The notes: generated by a model not told the origin, from the letters alone. Counted from the stretch's first letter, positions 41,645 to 51,616 are shown. The stretch: 64,000 nt of DNA from Bacteriovoracia bacterium (GCA_050246755.1 JBFWVL010000001.1:768001-832000); one strand, 5' to 3'. A program made the numbers and translations.

Positions 41645-43501
41645 GTGAAGTATCTCTTTGTTATCGCAGCCTATTTTTTGAGTTTTCCGGCGCTTGCCGA
41701 AGATCACCCTTTTCTACAAACCTACCTCGAGCAGTTGAGCCGGATCGACGAGGCGCTGAAAGTTTATCCGCAGTGCAAAGACGACTTCGAAGACCAGCGC
41801 CCCCTCTGCAGCAACTTTTCCGACCAGCTTTGCAGCAATTTATGGAACGCGAAAAATAAGGGCAATATGCCGGTATTCGACGGGAAAATCGTGTCGGGAG
41901 AATCAACCGTAAGCGGCAAGCCGGAAACCGTTCTGGAGAACCACCGCGCGCTGTTGGCCGCCAAGCCCAGGCTTCCTGCCGATTTTGTAAAGCAAGCCGG
42001 GGATCTTTTTGAAAAATGGGGCCAAGCCCTCGCCGAGGAACGGAAATCGAAAGAATGGGATAAACGCCTCCTAAAACTCCAGGCCCAGTACCAAGAAACG
42101 TTCGAAAACACGGTCACTGAGCGCGTCCGTGAAAAATATCCCGACTTGGCGGATAAAAAATTTCAAGACTTTGAAATCGAAGAACAAATAAAATACTACG
42201 AGATTCAAAATCATCTTTCGGAAGAAATCATCGAAGCGAAATACAAAAATCACCCAAACTGGAAGAGAGTGGAGGGTATTTTTTCCGAAGCGAAGAACGA
42301 CGTGATCGCCGCGGTGAAAGAAATGCCGCTTTCCGAAAAATCCCGTGAAGAAATGGTAGCAAAGCTTGAAAAAATCGAGCTTACCCTTCCCTACTGGAAA
42401 ATAGGCGCTTCGGAAAAATGCTCAAACGCTTATGAGAATGCCACCTATTTCCCGGCGGTAAATAAATTTACATTTTGTGCAGGAATGTTTAATTCCATGC
42501 AATCCGCCAGCGCGCTCTACGGGATAGCAGCTCACGAAATCGGCCATTCCATCGATCCGAACAATCGGGCCCTGGAAGATTGGTCAAAGAAGCCGGCTAC
42601 GGTAGCCCTCGCCCCCCTAACGGCGGCGGAAGGCGGCAGGCCGATGAATTGCCCCGATTGGCAAAAAACTAAAGCGGCGATTTTCGGCAGCGAAACGCTT
42701 AAGGACTATGGTCAGCAGCCAAGAGAACTTTCGGATTTCTACGGTTGCTTAAAAAGCACGAAGGATTTAGACCCCATAACGGCCAACGAGATCAGAAGAA
42801 TCGCCAAAAAAAGGACCCGTCGTCAAATCGATGCTACCGCCACCAGGAATAATTTTTTAGATCTAGCCGTGGTGGAGTATGAGAAATTTGGGGAAAAGAA
42901 AATAAACGAAAAATTCCTACGGCCGGATCTGCTTTACGCAGAGAACGCATGGCAGAAAAAGACCAAGGTACTTTATCCCAATGTCGATATAACAGAAATA
43001 TTCGCCCAGGATCTAGCTTGCCAAACTTTGATTTCCGGCGGCAAAGAAATCGGCTACCTGCAAGCCAGTGAAAAAGAAAAAGAGCAGCTATTCGCGGCGG
43101 CGATAGAGCAAACTGAAAAACTGTACCAGATCCAGGATGAAGAATACCTCTCCACCTGTGGCCGCAACTGCGACGCTTTAAGCGGCGAGAATTTGGGCAT
43201 TGCCATAGGTGAAGAGTTCGCCGATTGGATTTCCTTCCGGGCCTTTAGCAAACGCCTGCGCCGCATTCCCACTTTAGCCCAGCGAAGCGAAGCTTCCGCC
43301 CTTTTCGGGGCCTTTTTATGCGAAAAGTCTTCCATTACCAACGCGATGCCCGGCCTTACCAAAATCGAAAAAGATAAGTCCACCGAAGAACACGGTGAAG
43401 GACGCATTCGAAGGACATCCGTATATAGCAAAGAGAACGCCGAAATCCTCGGCTGTCGCCTAGAGCCGGAGATGAAGGGATTTGGGCAATGCGAGCCATA
43501 A
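41645..43501 (+). CDS. Secreted zinc metallopeptidase, M13/neprilysin-like
   Basis: Signal peptide from GTG 41645; NATYFP..NKF.FCAG, HEIGHSID (HExxH), EEFADW (ExxxD), H....R near the C-terminus. Confidence 0.7.
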   Translation: MKYLFVIAAYFLSFPALAEDHPFLQTYLEQLSRIDEALKVYPQCKDDFEDQRPLCSNFSDQLCSNLWNAKNKGNMPVFDGKIVSGESTVSGKPETVLENHRALLAAKPRLPADFVKQAGDLFEKWGQALAEERKSKEWDKRLLKLQAQYQETFENTVTERVREKYPDLADKKFQDFEIEEQIKYYEIQNHLSEEIIEAKYKNHPNWKRVEGIFSEAKNDVIAAVKEMPLSEKSREEMVAKLEKIELTLPYWKIGASEKCSNAYENATYFPAVNKFTFCAGMFNSMQSASALYGIAAHEIGHSIDPNNRALEDWSKKPATVALAPLTAAEGGRPMNCPDWQKTKAAIFGSETLKDYGQQPRELSDFYGCLKSTKDLDPITANEIRRIAKKRTRRQIDATATRNNFLDLAVVEYEKFGEKKINEKFLRPDLLYAENAWQKKTKVLYPNVDITEIFAQDLACQTLISGGKEIGYLQASEKEKEQLFAAAIEQTEKLYQIQDEEYLSTCGRNCDALSGENLGIAIGEEFADWISFRAFSKRLRRIPTLAQRSEASALFGAFLCEKSSITNAMPGLTKIEKDKSTEEHGEGRIRRTSVYSKENAEILGCRLEPEMKGFGQCEP

Positions 43502-43845
43502 TTTTATTCTTTCTACTGATAGCACCTGCTTCCACTCTCTGCGCCGAACCGGAAATTATCGTTTCAGAGAAAACGCGGTATTCCGAGATTTGGTCCAAAC
43601 TGACGAAAGAAAATGGCAAATGGAATTGCGAAACAGAAATTCGCGGGAGCCTGCCATTGATTCGCACCTCAAAGTCTCCTGCGGCACTAGCCAAGCTGAA
43701 AGATTCTTCCGCTATAAATGCTCAAACCTGCGGCGGCAAAATCACGATCGTCCTTAAGGGCGGCAAAAAAAAATCCGGCTGTTCCTCCGACCCCGTTTGG
43801 CGGCGTACGATTGATATCTTAGACAATGAATGCGGCCGTAACTAG
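43489..43845 (+). CDS. Small secreted Cys-containing hypothetical protein
   Basis: Signal peptide; overlaps the peptidase stop; four Cys in the mature part. Confidence 0.6.
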   Translation: MRAIILFFLLIAPASTLCAEPEIIVSEKTRYSEIWSKLTKENGKWNCETEIRGSLPLIRTSKSPAALAKLKDSSAINAQTCGGKITIVLKGGKKKSGCSSDPVWRRTIDILDNECGRN

Positions 43846-43846
43846 C

Positions 43847-44590
43847 CTACCAAACCGTGATGACTAGGCGCCTCTTCGCATTCTTCACTCCGCGTTTCTC
43901 CAGCTCCGTAAATACCTGCTCGAAGAACGCTCTCGTGGGGCGATAGTGCCCGCTCGTGGAATTGACCGAGATCAACCTTCCCTGCCGGAACTCGAGCATG
44001 CCGGCCGAGGCCACCGGTAACCCCGACAAGAAACTGGAATGGTGCACGGCTTGCTCCGCGTGCCGGTTCATCGGGCCGGAGTAGAAATAAATTCTTCCTT
44101 CGGCGTCCATTACGAAAATTCCGGGCTCGCAATTTTTGGGAGCGCCCAGAGTGCGCACGCAGCTGTCCAGCAAACTTCCATCGGCACTTCGAAATAGGCC
44201 CTGTTCGTCTACCTTGATTTCCAGCTTTGCTCTCTCCTCCGGGCTGAAATAGCGAACCTTCAGTCTCGGCCCATTCGCCGTTTTTCCCCAGTGCTCACCC
44301 AGGTATTTTTCCCGCATCGTAACGGTGGCGTATCCCTTTTTGAGCTGGGCTCGCTGATTCCATAATTTCGCGATTTGTTTTTGCACCGATGCCAGATCGT
44401 GGCCATAGGCTTCATCGATGAGGAAGGTTTCGTACTGCGACTCTAGTTCCGCGATCTTCGTCTCGAGCTGCGCAATCGGATTGCTTACGAAGTTGCGGTA
44501 AGCGGTCTGGCAACTTTCCAGCCATCCTGCATGCGCGGGGATACCTGGTAGCAGGATCGCGATTAGCAGAATTTGAAGAAAGTGCTTCAC
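43847..44590 (-). CDS. Secreted hypothetical with an IQM-like HSSFLxG...SGHYRP domain
   Basis: Signal peptide, short coiled coil, then FVMD..GRIY, HHSSFLSGLPVASAG, SGHYRP. Confidence 0.7.
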   Translation of the reverse strand: MKHFLQILLIAILLPGIPAHAGWLESCQTAYRNFVSNPIAQLETKIAELESQYETFLIDEAYGHDLASVQKQIAKLWNQRAQLKKGYATVTMREKYLGEHWGKTANGPRLKVRYFSPEERAKLEIKVDEQGLFRSADGSLLDSCVRTLGAPKNCEPGIFVMDAEGRIYFYSGPMNRHAEQAVHHSSFLSGLPVASAGMLEFRQGRLISVNSTSGHYRPTRAFFEQVFTELEKRGVKNAKRRLVITVW

Positions 44591-44630
44591 CCGAGGCGTA
44601 TCGGTTTGGAGGAGGGTTTTCTAAAAATTT

Positions 44631-45158
44631 CTACGGATGCTCTTTATAGCTCTTCCGGTACTCGGCCACGTAGGAATGATAATTCCTCCAGCCCTTATCG
44701 ATCATCTCGGCTTGCTCTTCTTTGGTGAGCGCGCGCACCGCTTTCGCGGGAGAACCGAGGATCAAGTGGCCGGGAGGATATTTTTTTCCGGGAGGAAGAA
44801 GTGCGCCGGCGGCCACCACGGATCCCGCGCCCACTTCGGCGTGATCCAGCAAAATCGCGCCCATGCCGATTAGGCAGTCGTCGCCCACGGTACAGCCGTG
44901 CAGCAGGGCTTTGTGGCCGATCGTGACGCGTTTGCCGATCGTGAGCGGAGCGTAGCCGTTCGAAACATGGAGAACGGAACCGTCTTGCACGTTGGTGTAG
45001 TCGCCGATCTTGATGAAGTGCACATCGCCGCGGACCACGGCCTGGAACCAGATGCTCACGTGCTCACCGAGCGTAACGTCGCCCATTACATCGGCGGAGG
45101 GTGCTACCCAGGCGGTAGCGGCAATTTTTGGAGTAAGGCCAAAGCAAGAGGCGATCAT
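44631..45158 (-). CDS. Gamma carbonic anhydrase family protein
   Basis: VRGDV..I.IG..TNVQD..VLH, VTIGH..LLHGC, hexapeptide repeats. Confidence 0.93.
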   Translation of the reverse strand: MIASCFGLTPKIAATAWVAPSADVMGDVTLGEHVSIWFQAVVRGDVHFIKIGDYTNVQDGSVLHVSNGYAPLTIGKRVTIGHKALLHGCTVGDDCLIGMGAILLDHAEVGAGSVVAAGALLPPGKKYPPGHLILGSPAKAVRALTKEEQAEMIDKGWRNYHSYVAEYRKSYKEHP

Positions 45159-46579
45159 TGGAGTACGGGTTCCCCCATGAGAGAAAAAGAATTTGCCGAT
45201 AGAATACGCACCGGCAGCACGCGGCCCACCAGCTGTTCAGGACTAGAAACGCCGCTGGGCAGAGTAAAATTCACTACGCGCGCGCCGGGCGTGCGCCCGA
45301 AGGCCACCTGCGGATCGGTTTTGGAAGGACCTTCGCACAGAATCTTTTCCACCCGGCCTACTTGCGCGAAGTTTTTCGCGCGTTGAATCGCCATTTGCGT
45401 GTCCATCAGGCGGGCGTGGCGTTCTTTCTTGAGTTCTTCGGGCACGGTGTCCCCGTATTTCAGCGCCGAGGTTCCCGGGCGGGGTGAATAGGTATAGCCG
45501 AACACATTGTCGTACTTAAGGCGGATCACGAGGTTCAGCGTGGCCTCGAAATCCTCGTCGGTTTCGCCAGGAAATCCCACGATCAAATCGGTAGTGATGG
45601 CGATGTCGGGAACGCGGCGGCGCAATTCCTCCAAACGCTCCACGTATTTCTCGATCGGCACGTAGCGCTTCATGCGCTTCAGCACGCGCCCCGAGCCGCT
45701 TTGCACGGGAAGATGGAGGTGCGGCGCTAAGCGAGAGAGCGTGGCATGGCACTCGATCATCTCTTCGTCGAAATCTTTAGGATGAGAGGTGGTGTAGCGG
45801 ATGCTATGGAGGCCGGGAGGCAACCCAGGGCGACCGGTAACTCCGCGGGCGTCCATATCATCGGCCATCGCCTGCAAGGCCCGCAGGAGGATGGGAAAAG
45901 TCTGGCCCTTCTTTTTTCCGCCCAAGGATTTCCCGAAGGAATTTACGTTCTGCCCCAACAAAGTAACTTCGGCCACTCCGCCGAGCACGAGACGTTTTAC
46001 ATCCTGCACCACTTCTTCCACCGAACGGCTTTTCTCGCGGCCGCGCGTAAAGGGCACGATGCAATAGGAGCAAAAATTATCGCAGCCCTTCATGATATTC
46101 ACGAGGGCGGTGGCCTTCCCTGGGAGAATTTTAGTCTCGAGGGAATAATCGTTGGCGGGATCAAAACCCACCTGCAAAATTTTCTCTTCGCCGCTTTCCG
46201 CGCGGAATAAAACTTCGGGCAGCTGATCGATCGAATCGGTGCCGATCACGAAATCGAGATGAGGGGCGCCCGTAAAAACTTCTTCTTTATCCTGCTGGGC
46301 CACGCAACCAGCGAACCCGATGCGAAGGTTAGGATTCGCTTTCTTGCCGTCTTTACGCAGAAGGCCCATCGCGGAATAGGCTTTTTGTTCCGCTTTATCG
46401 CGGATCGAACAGGAATTGAAAATCACGAGATCGGCTTGATTGATTTCCGGCGCGGCGGCGTACCCTTGGTCGGAGAGAATTGCCGACATCCTCTCAGTAT
46501 CGTGCATGTTCATCTGGCAGCCGAAGGTCTTGATGAAATATTTGCCCTTGGGAGCAGTTTCGGGGCCTGTGTCGCGCAT
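45155..46579 (-). CDS. miaB: tRNA-2-methylthio-N6-dimethylallyladenosine synthase MiaB
   Basis: TFGCQMN..D, NSCSIRDKAEQK, GCVAQ, GCDNFCSYCIVPFTRGRE, YTTSHP, YSPRPGT. Start at 46579 or 46585. Confidence 0.95.
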   Translation of the reverse strand: MRDTGPETAPKGKYFIKTFGCQMNMHDTERMSAILSDQGYAAAPEINQADLVIFNSCSIRDKAEQKAYSAMGLLRKDGKKANPNLRIGFAGCVAQQDKEEVFTGAPHLDFVIGTDSIDQLPEVLFRAESGEEKILQVGFDPANDYSLETKILPGKATALVNIMKGCDNFCSYCIVPFTRGREKSRSVEEVVQDVKRLVLGGVAEVTLLGQNVNSFGKSLGGKKKGQTFPILLRALQAMADDMDARGVTGRPGLPPGLHSIRYTTSHPKDFDEEMIECHATLSRLAPHLHLPVQSGSGRVLKRMKRYVPIEKYVERLEELRRRVPDIAITTDLIVGFPGETDEDFEATLNLVIRLKYDNVFGYTYSPRPGTSALKYGDTVPEELKKERHARLMDTQMAIQRAKNFAQVGRVEKILCEGPSKTDPQVAFGRTPGARVVNFTLPSGVSSPEQLVGRVLPVRILSANSFSLMGEPVLQ

Positions 46580-46636
46580 GGTCACCCTTATACAGGGAAA
46601 GGCCTAAGATGGAAACATTGACGCATTGCCCCGCAA

Positions 46637-47824
46637 CTAGTTGCTGGAACGCCACTTGGAGCGAGCGTCTTCCAGTAATTCCTCGGCACTAGACCCGGAA
46701 TCCGGGCCGGTGGTGAGGCTCCACAGGAAATTAAGGCTGGGCAGCGCGGTCCGCAGGGTAGCCAATAAACGAACCGCCACCCTTTCTCCCCCCTCGAGGT
46801 CACAATCGTCCATCAGCACCACGTACTCGCCGGTATCCTGAATCCAGAAAGCAGAATCGCTGGAACGAAAAAGGGCCTTCTGCAGTATCTGAAAGATTTC
46901 CAGCTGCTCATCCATTCCCGCGGAACTTCCCGGCTCTGGACGCAGCAAGAGAAGACTGAGCTTCGCCAGCGCGCCGATCGAAGTGGATAGGCGGTTATTG
47001 ATCACGAGATCCAGCTCATCGAGGCGCGAAAGCAGCGGCAGCGCAAAATGGAAACGCCAGCCTTTAGTGGCCTCTTCGCCCTTATCTGCCCAAATAAAAC
47101 CCTCGTGGGCGAGGAGGATTTCTTTGGCGATCGCGAGTTCCACGCCCAGGCCTTCGCGCACGCGCGTGTCGGCGTCGCGCCAGGGAGAGAAAGGCTCGAA
47201 AAGCTGTTCGAACGATTCGGGGCTTTCGCCGATCGAGGGAAGAGAGCTCTGCACCGTAACTACGAGGTACATTCCCGTTTTTTTATCGCGGGAAGAAAGC
47301 AGCCCGGGAGGAAGATCGCCCACACTCTCGAGGGAAAGGCGAACGTTCACTTCGCCGGACTGTCCCGGCGGCAAAACTCCGTTATTGGAAAATTTGGCGG
47401 CGTTCATTACCAGGCTGTCGAACACGTGCGCCAGCCGGCGAATATCCCCGCATACGTGAGGCACGTCTTCCTCGAGTTCGTACTGGAGCTTAAAGCCCAC
47501 GCGCTCCAGTTGCGCCTGCAGAGAAGATTTGCGGGCGAAGAGAAAATTGCGCAGATCAAATTCACTGAGACGAACGCGCAGAGTGCCGGCGTCTACGCGA
47601 GAAATTTCCAGAAGGTTTTCCACGGTTTTTCGCAAGCGCTCGGCATTGCGACGGATCATGGGAATGAACTCGCTCTCCTTGGGATAACGTTCTTCTAGGA
47701 TCGTTATGGCGTTGATGATGCCCGTGAGCGGAGTATTTAGTTCGTGCGAGACCACCGAGAGCAAATTACTGCGAAACTGTTCCTGATCATCGCCTCCCGA
47801 CGGAGGACTCCCCTTAGTCTCCAT
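46637..47824 (-). CDS. Sensor-less histidine kinase with a C-terminal degenerate GGDEF domain
   Basis: H box VSHELNTPL, N box NAAKFS, FEPF, GLGVELAI; tail LFRSSD...TGEYVVLM. Start moved to 47824. Confidence 0.8.
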   Translation of the reverse strand: METKGSPPSGGDDQEQFRSNLLSVVSHELNTPLTGIINAITILEERYPKESEFIPMIRRNAERLRKTVENLLEISRVDAGTLRVRLSEFDLRNFLFARKSSLQAQLERVGFKLQYELEEDVPHVCGDIRRLAHVFDSLVMNAAKFSNNGVLPPGQSGEVNVRLSLESVGDLPPGLLSSRDKKTGMYLVVTVQSSLPSIGESPESFEQLFEPFSPWRDADTRVREGLGVELAIAKEILLAHEGFIWADKGEEATKGWRFHFALPLLSRLDELDLVINNRLSTSIGALAKLSLLLLRPEPGSSAGMDEQLEIFQILQKALFRSSDSAFWIQDTGEYVVLMDDCDLEGGERVAVRLLATLRTALPSLNFLWSLTTGPDSGSSAEELLEDARSKWRSSN

Positions 47825-48140
47825 TGATCCTTTCCACGCGCAGGATCCAGGCGTCGCCGGTAGGATCATCTTCGATGAGGCCGGGCTGCTCGCGAATCTC
47901 CCTATTGCTCTCCACGATACGAAGCGAAAAGGGAGCCGTGATCTCCACGAGGGAATTTTTCCCTTGGATCTCGCCGATCCAATCACCCTCTTCAAATTCA
48001 TCGCCCACGTCGGAGAGATCGAGCGCTTGAATCGTACCGGCCGAATCCAGGGCCTCCTGGGTTACGCCCACCAGGAAAAGTGATTCGCCTTCTTCAATCC
48101 GCCAGAGTAAGCCTTCTTTGAATTCAGTCAGAGGTTTCAC
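47814..48140 (-). CDS. Glycine cleavage H protein-like (lipoyl-domain fold)
   Basis: VGVTQEALDSAGTI..LDL..VG, EITAP, N......P.LIEDDP.GDAWI. Confidence 0.8.
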   Translation of the reverse strand: MKPLTEFKEGLLWRIEEGESLFLVGVTQEALDSAGTIQALDLSDVGDEFEEGDWIGEIQGKNSLVEITAPFSLRIVESNREIREQPGLIEDDPTGDAWILRVERINGD

Positions 48141-48400
48141 TTTTTACCCTTTTTCTTTCCGCTACGGCCTTTCGGCACTAAATCTACCTTCGCTTCGATA
48201 CGTAAGGAATATCCCCTGAGCACGTGATCTACCAGCCGCTGAAAATCCACTTTCGAAAGCACCCGCGAAACTTCTTTGGCGAAAATCGCGAGCGCACCCT
48301 CGCGCAAATTCTCTACGTTGGTTACCACTCCGCCGAGCGGAACCTTCCGCAGCACATCGCCGATCATTTCCTGCGCGCTTCGGCGTTCTTTGCGGTTCAT
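48137..48400 (-). CDS. Small hypothetical protein
   Basis: Start at 48400 gives NTGA overlaps with both neighbours (translational coupling). Confidence 0.65.
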   Translation of the reverse strand: MNRKERRSAQEMIGDVLRKVPLGGVVTNVENLREGALAIFAKEVSRVLSKVDFQRLVDHVLRGYSLRIEAKVDLVPKGRSGKKKGKK

Positions 48401-48855
48401 TTCTTTTTGCCGCCTTTCGCGGGCTTCTTCTTCGCGTTCTTTTTCGCTCTTTCTTCGAAAGCCTTCATCATCGCGGGTAACTGCGTGCTGGTGAGGCCGT
48501 TCACGATCGATTTTGGCACCAATAAGGGAAAGCCGACATCCACCGTATAAGTAGCCTTCACTTGGTCGTCGCCCTCGGCTTCGAGATCCCAACCGCCGTC
48601 GTTCGATTTAAAAAATTCTCCCTCGATCATGGTCCATTTCAGGCCTTTTTTCGGGTTCTCGGTATGCTTGAGGGTATAGCGCACTTTCTTGCCGAACATG
48701 CTCACCACGTATTCGGCCCAGGTATTCTTACCCTCTTTTTTGGTAACTTCGATCGATTCCAGCCCCTCCACGAAATCGGGATAGGATTCGTAGTCGGTGA
48801 TTACCTCCCAGAGGGCATCCAGGGAAACGTCCATTACGAAAGTGTGTTTTGACAT
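48397..48855 (-). CDS. SRPBCC/START (polyketide cyclase, Coq10/RatA-like) protein
   Basis: LWEVITDYESYPDFV, G.FFKSNDGGW.L, M.AFEERA. Confidence 0.88.
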   Translation of the reverse strand: MSKHTFVMDVSLDALWEVITDYESYPDFVEGLESIEVTKKEGKNTWAEYVVSMFGKKVRYTLKHTENPKKGLKWTMIEGEFFKSNDGGWDLEAEGDDQVKATYTVDVGFPLLVPKSIVNGLTSTQLPAMMKAFEERAKKNAKKKPAKGGKKK

Positions 48856-48864
48856 CGCTGTTCC

Positions 48865-49818
48865 TCAATACTTCGGTTTCTTATCAAAGCGGTGCGTGGT
48901 GCGCACTTCGCGCACGGTGCCGGTTTCAGAGCGCATCACGATCGAGTGCGTTTCCGCACCGCCGGGCATGAAGCGCACGCCGCTGAGAAAACTTCCCTGC
49001 GTAACTCCCGTGGCGGAGAACATCACGTTGCCTTTGGCCATTTCCTCGAGCTGCCATACTTTATTGAGATCGCCGATGCCCATCTTCGTGGCACGGGCCT
49101 TCTCGGCTTCATTCCGGAATTTCAGGCGGCCCTGCATATTACCGCCGATGCAGCGAATGGCTGCCGCGGCGATCACGCCCTCGGGTGCGCCACCGGTGCC
49201 CATCAGCACGTCCACGCCGGAGTTTGGCATACAGGCCGAAATGGCGGCCGAAACGTCACCGTCGCCGATCAACCAAATACGCGCGCCCGCCCGGCGCACT
49301 TCCGCGATCAGATCCGCGTGGCGCGGCCGGTCCAGAATCACCACCGTGAGATTCTCCACGAGGGTTTTCTTCGCCTTCGCGATCTCTTTCAGGTTCTGCG
49401 TGGGGGTATTCGAAAGATCGATCGCGTCGGCCGCCTCGGGGCCAACCGCGATTTTCTCCATGTAAGTATCCGGCGCGTGGAGGAAATGACCTTCGTCCGC
49501 GATGGCGATCACCGAAATGGAATTATTTCCGCCATTGGCGCAAATGGTGGTTCCCTCGAGCGGATCCAGCGCGAGATCCAGGCGCGCGCCCTTTCCATTG
49601 CCCACTTTCTCACCGATATAAAGCATGGGAGCTTCGTCGCGCTCCCCTTCCCCGATCACCACGCGCCCATCGAAATCGATGGAGTTGAACATTTTGCGCA
49701 TCGCCGTAACGGCCGCTTGGTCGGCTTGCTTTTCATCGCCGCGCCCCATGAGACGGGCACTTTCGATGGCGGCCATTTCGGTTACTCGCACGAACTCTAG
49801 CGCGTAATTTCTATCCAT
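48865..49818 (-). CDS. glpX: Class II fructose-1,6-bisphosphatase GlpX
   Basis: RVTE.AA, VVIGEGERDEAPMLYIGE, DPLEGT, APDTYMEK, LDRPRH, GGAPEGV. Confidence 0.97.
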   Translation of the reverse strand: MDRNYALEFVRVTEMAAIESARLMGRGDEKQADQAAVTAMRKMFNSIDFDGRVVIGEGERDEAPMLYIGEKVGNGKGARLDLALDPLEGTTICANGGNNSISVIAIADEGHFLHAPDTYMEKIAVGPEAADAIDLSNTPTQNLKEIAKAKKTLVENLTVVILDRPRHADLIAEVRRAGARIWLIGDGDVSAAISACMPNSGVDVLMGTGGAPEGVIAAAAIRCIGGNMQGRLKFRNEAEKARATKMGIGDLNKVWQLEEMAKGNVMFSATGVTQGSFLSGVRFMPGGAETHSIVMRSETGTVREVRTTHRFDKKPKY

Positions 49819-49836
49819 TATTCTCTTCCTCGGGGC

Positions 49837-50508
49837 CTACGTTTTATCTTTTAGAAAACTGGCCAAACGGTAGTCCAACACTTCGGCGTGCTCAAGCACT
49901 TTCCGAACCATATCACGAGTCTTGGGATCGGGGGTAACATCGCGACTCAAAGTTACTTTGTCGCCTTCTTCGCGCTGCACCTCACCGGTGGAAACGCTCC
50001 CGCCCGCTTCCCATTCCCAAAACTTTCTTCCCAGGCAAAAGAGGGCGCGACTCAAGCCACCGCGCTGGTCGTTCCAAAGAAATAAATCGGTGGCGGAATC
50101 GCCGTGATACCAAGCCGACATTCCCTGCAAAAAGGCCTCGGGCGCGCCTAGCTTATCCACGATCTTCAGCGAGCGGCCGATATGCAGAGGATCTACGAAA
50201 GATTGAATCAGCTCTTGCTGCTCGGCTGAAAGCTCCTCGAACAAAAAGCCTACCGACCAAGCGCTCGTGCGTTTCACCCTCATCTTTACCTGCATCGACT
50301 CTTGGCCAAGCTTAAGCTCCGCTTGGCATTCCGCCCCCACGGGAAAGAGCAGCGATTCGCTGAACTCCAGCAGGCTGATGCCGAGCCCGCGCAGTGAAAT
50401 ATCACGGACGGCGAAGATCTTTTCGAGGTCTTCGAAGATGAATTTCATTTTCTCTTTTGGAAGAGGAAACCGGGGGACGATACGTTGCTCACTTGATTCG
50501 GGTGCCAT
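49837..50508 (-). CDS. PilZ domain protein
   Basis: Intact RxxxR (RIVPR) and DxSxxG (DISLRG). Confidence 0.85.
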   Translation of the reverse strand: MAPESSEQRIVPRFPLPKEKMKFIFEDLEKIFAVRDISLRGLGISLLEFSESLLFPVGAECQAELKLGQESMQVKMRVKRTSAWSVGFLFEELSAEQQELIQSFVDPLHIGRSLKIVDKLGAPEAFLQGMSAWYHGDSATDLFLWNDQRGGLSRALFCLGRKFWEWEAGGSVSTGEVQREEGDKVTLSRDVTPDPKTRDMVRKVLEHAEVLDYRLASFLKDKT

Positions 50509-50571
50509 GGTGAAAATTTTAACAGAAAGTAGTCAGCGATCGTAGTATTCTAGCCTTCGACCCACTGAGTT

Positions 50572-51603
50572 ATGATTAGCGCACTTATTAGTCTGGCATT
50601 CTTACTTCTCTTTTCCGAACTTGCTTCGGCCAATTTCAAACGCCTTGCGCCAGTGCTCGAAGCTTGGGAACAAGCGCGCCGCAATCCCACGCTTAGCGGC
50701 ACCGAAGCTAACCCTTTTCCGTGGCTGGGTGGCTGGGAAAAATTAGCCACGTTATTTTGGGCGGTGGGAGTCTCGATTCCTCTCCTGGCATTTGCGAGCG
50801 CTTGCCACCTGTTCCTGAACGATTCGGTGAAAGCCCAAAATCTTATTCTCGGCTCCACCATGGGCACCAATGTAATCGGGCTTAGTTTAGCCTTCGGATT
50901 CATCCTGCTCTCCGGCCCGCTTACTTTCTTCCGCCTCCGCACCGTAACCAGCCCGATCTTTCTCCTCCTGGCCACCGTGATCTTCGCCTACGTGTGCCTC
51001 AACCGCCGGGTCGGGATTTTTGAAGCCACCATCCTGCTTGCGCTCCTCACCGCCTACGCATTTTATTTCCGCCGCTTTTCGAGTGAGTGGAAGCACTACG
51101 AACGCGCCTTCTCCGGCCTTTCCCTGATCGAATCCGCCGAAGGACTCCTTCCCGTAGTGGCCATGCTCTGCATGGGCGTAGGTTTTTTTCTGCTGGCAAT
51201 TTTAGTGGCTTACCCATTCGTGAGCGCACTCGATCGCTTTCCTTTTCCGGAAAGCAGTAATTGGTTCCGCGTGGGCGCCCACTTCGTGGCCTTCGCCCTT
51301 TCCCTCCCCTGGCTCGTACGCTGCCTATATTCCCTAAAGGGCGGGAGTACCTCGAAAGCGGTAACCACCACCAGTATTAGCCATGCCTGCCTCCTGAACG
51401 TGCTCCTCGTGCCCGCCGTGGCTTCTTTCCTGGGGATGCGTGATCTCTCGGAGCTTCTGCTCTCGTTTTATCTGCCCGTGCTGCTGATTTTTACCGGAAT
51501 CTTTGTGTCCGCGCTGCTGATCGAAAAAGAAAAAGGCGGACGCCTCCCCTGGGTTCTGATCCTTGCCTATCTGGTGTACACTGCCTTAGGCATCTTTCAT
51601 TAA
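50572..51603 (+). CDS. Divergent Na/Ca exchanger (YrbG-like) membrane protein
   Basis: About 10 TM segments; alpha-repeat-like AVGVSIP..., LGSTMGTNV, AFALSLP, ending AYLVY. Confidence 0.55.
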   Translation: MISALISLAFLLLFSELASANFKRLAPVLEAWEQARRNPTLSGTEANPFPWLGGWEKLATLFWAVGVSIPLLAFASACHLFLNDSVKAQNLILGSTMGTNVIGLSLAFGFILLSGPLTFFRLRTVTSPIFLLLATVIFAYVCLNRRVGIFEATILLALLTAYAFYFRRFSSEWKHYERAFSGLSLIESAEGLLPVVAMLCMGVGFFLLAILVAYPFVSALDRFPFPESSNWFRVGAHFVAFALSLPWLVRCLYSLKGGSTSKAVTTTSISHACLLNVLLVPAVASFLGMRDLSELLLSFYLPVLLIFTGIFVSALLIEKEKGGRLPWVLILAYLVYTALGIFH

Positions 51604-51616
51604 AATCGGGGAAAAA

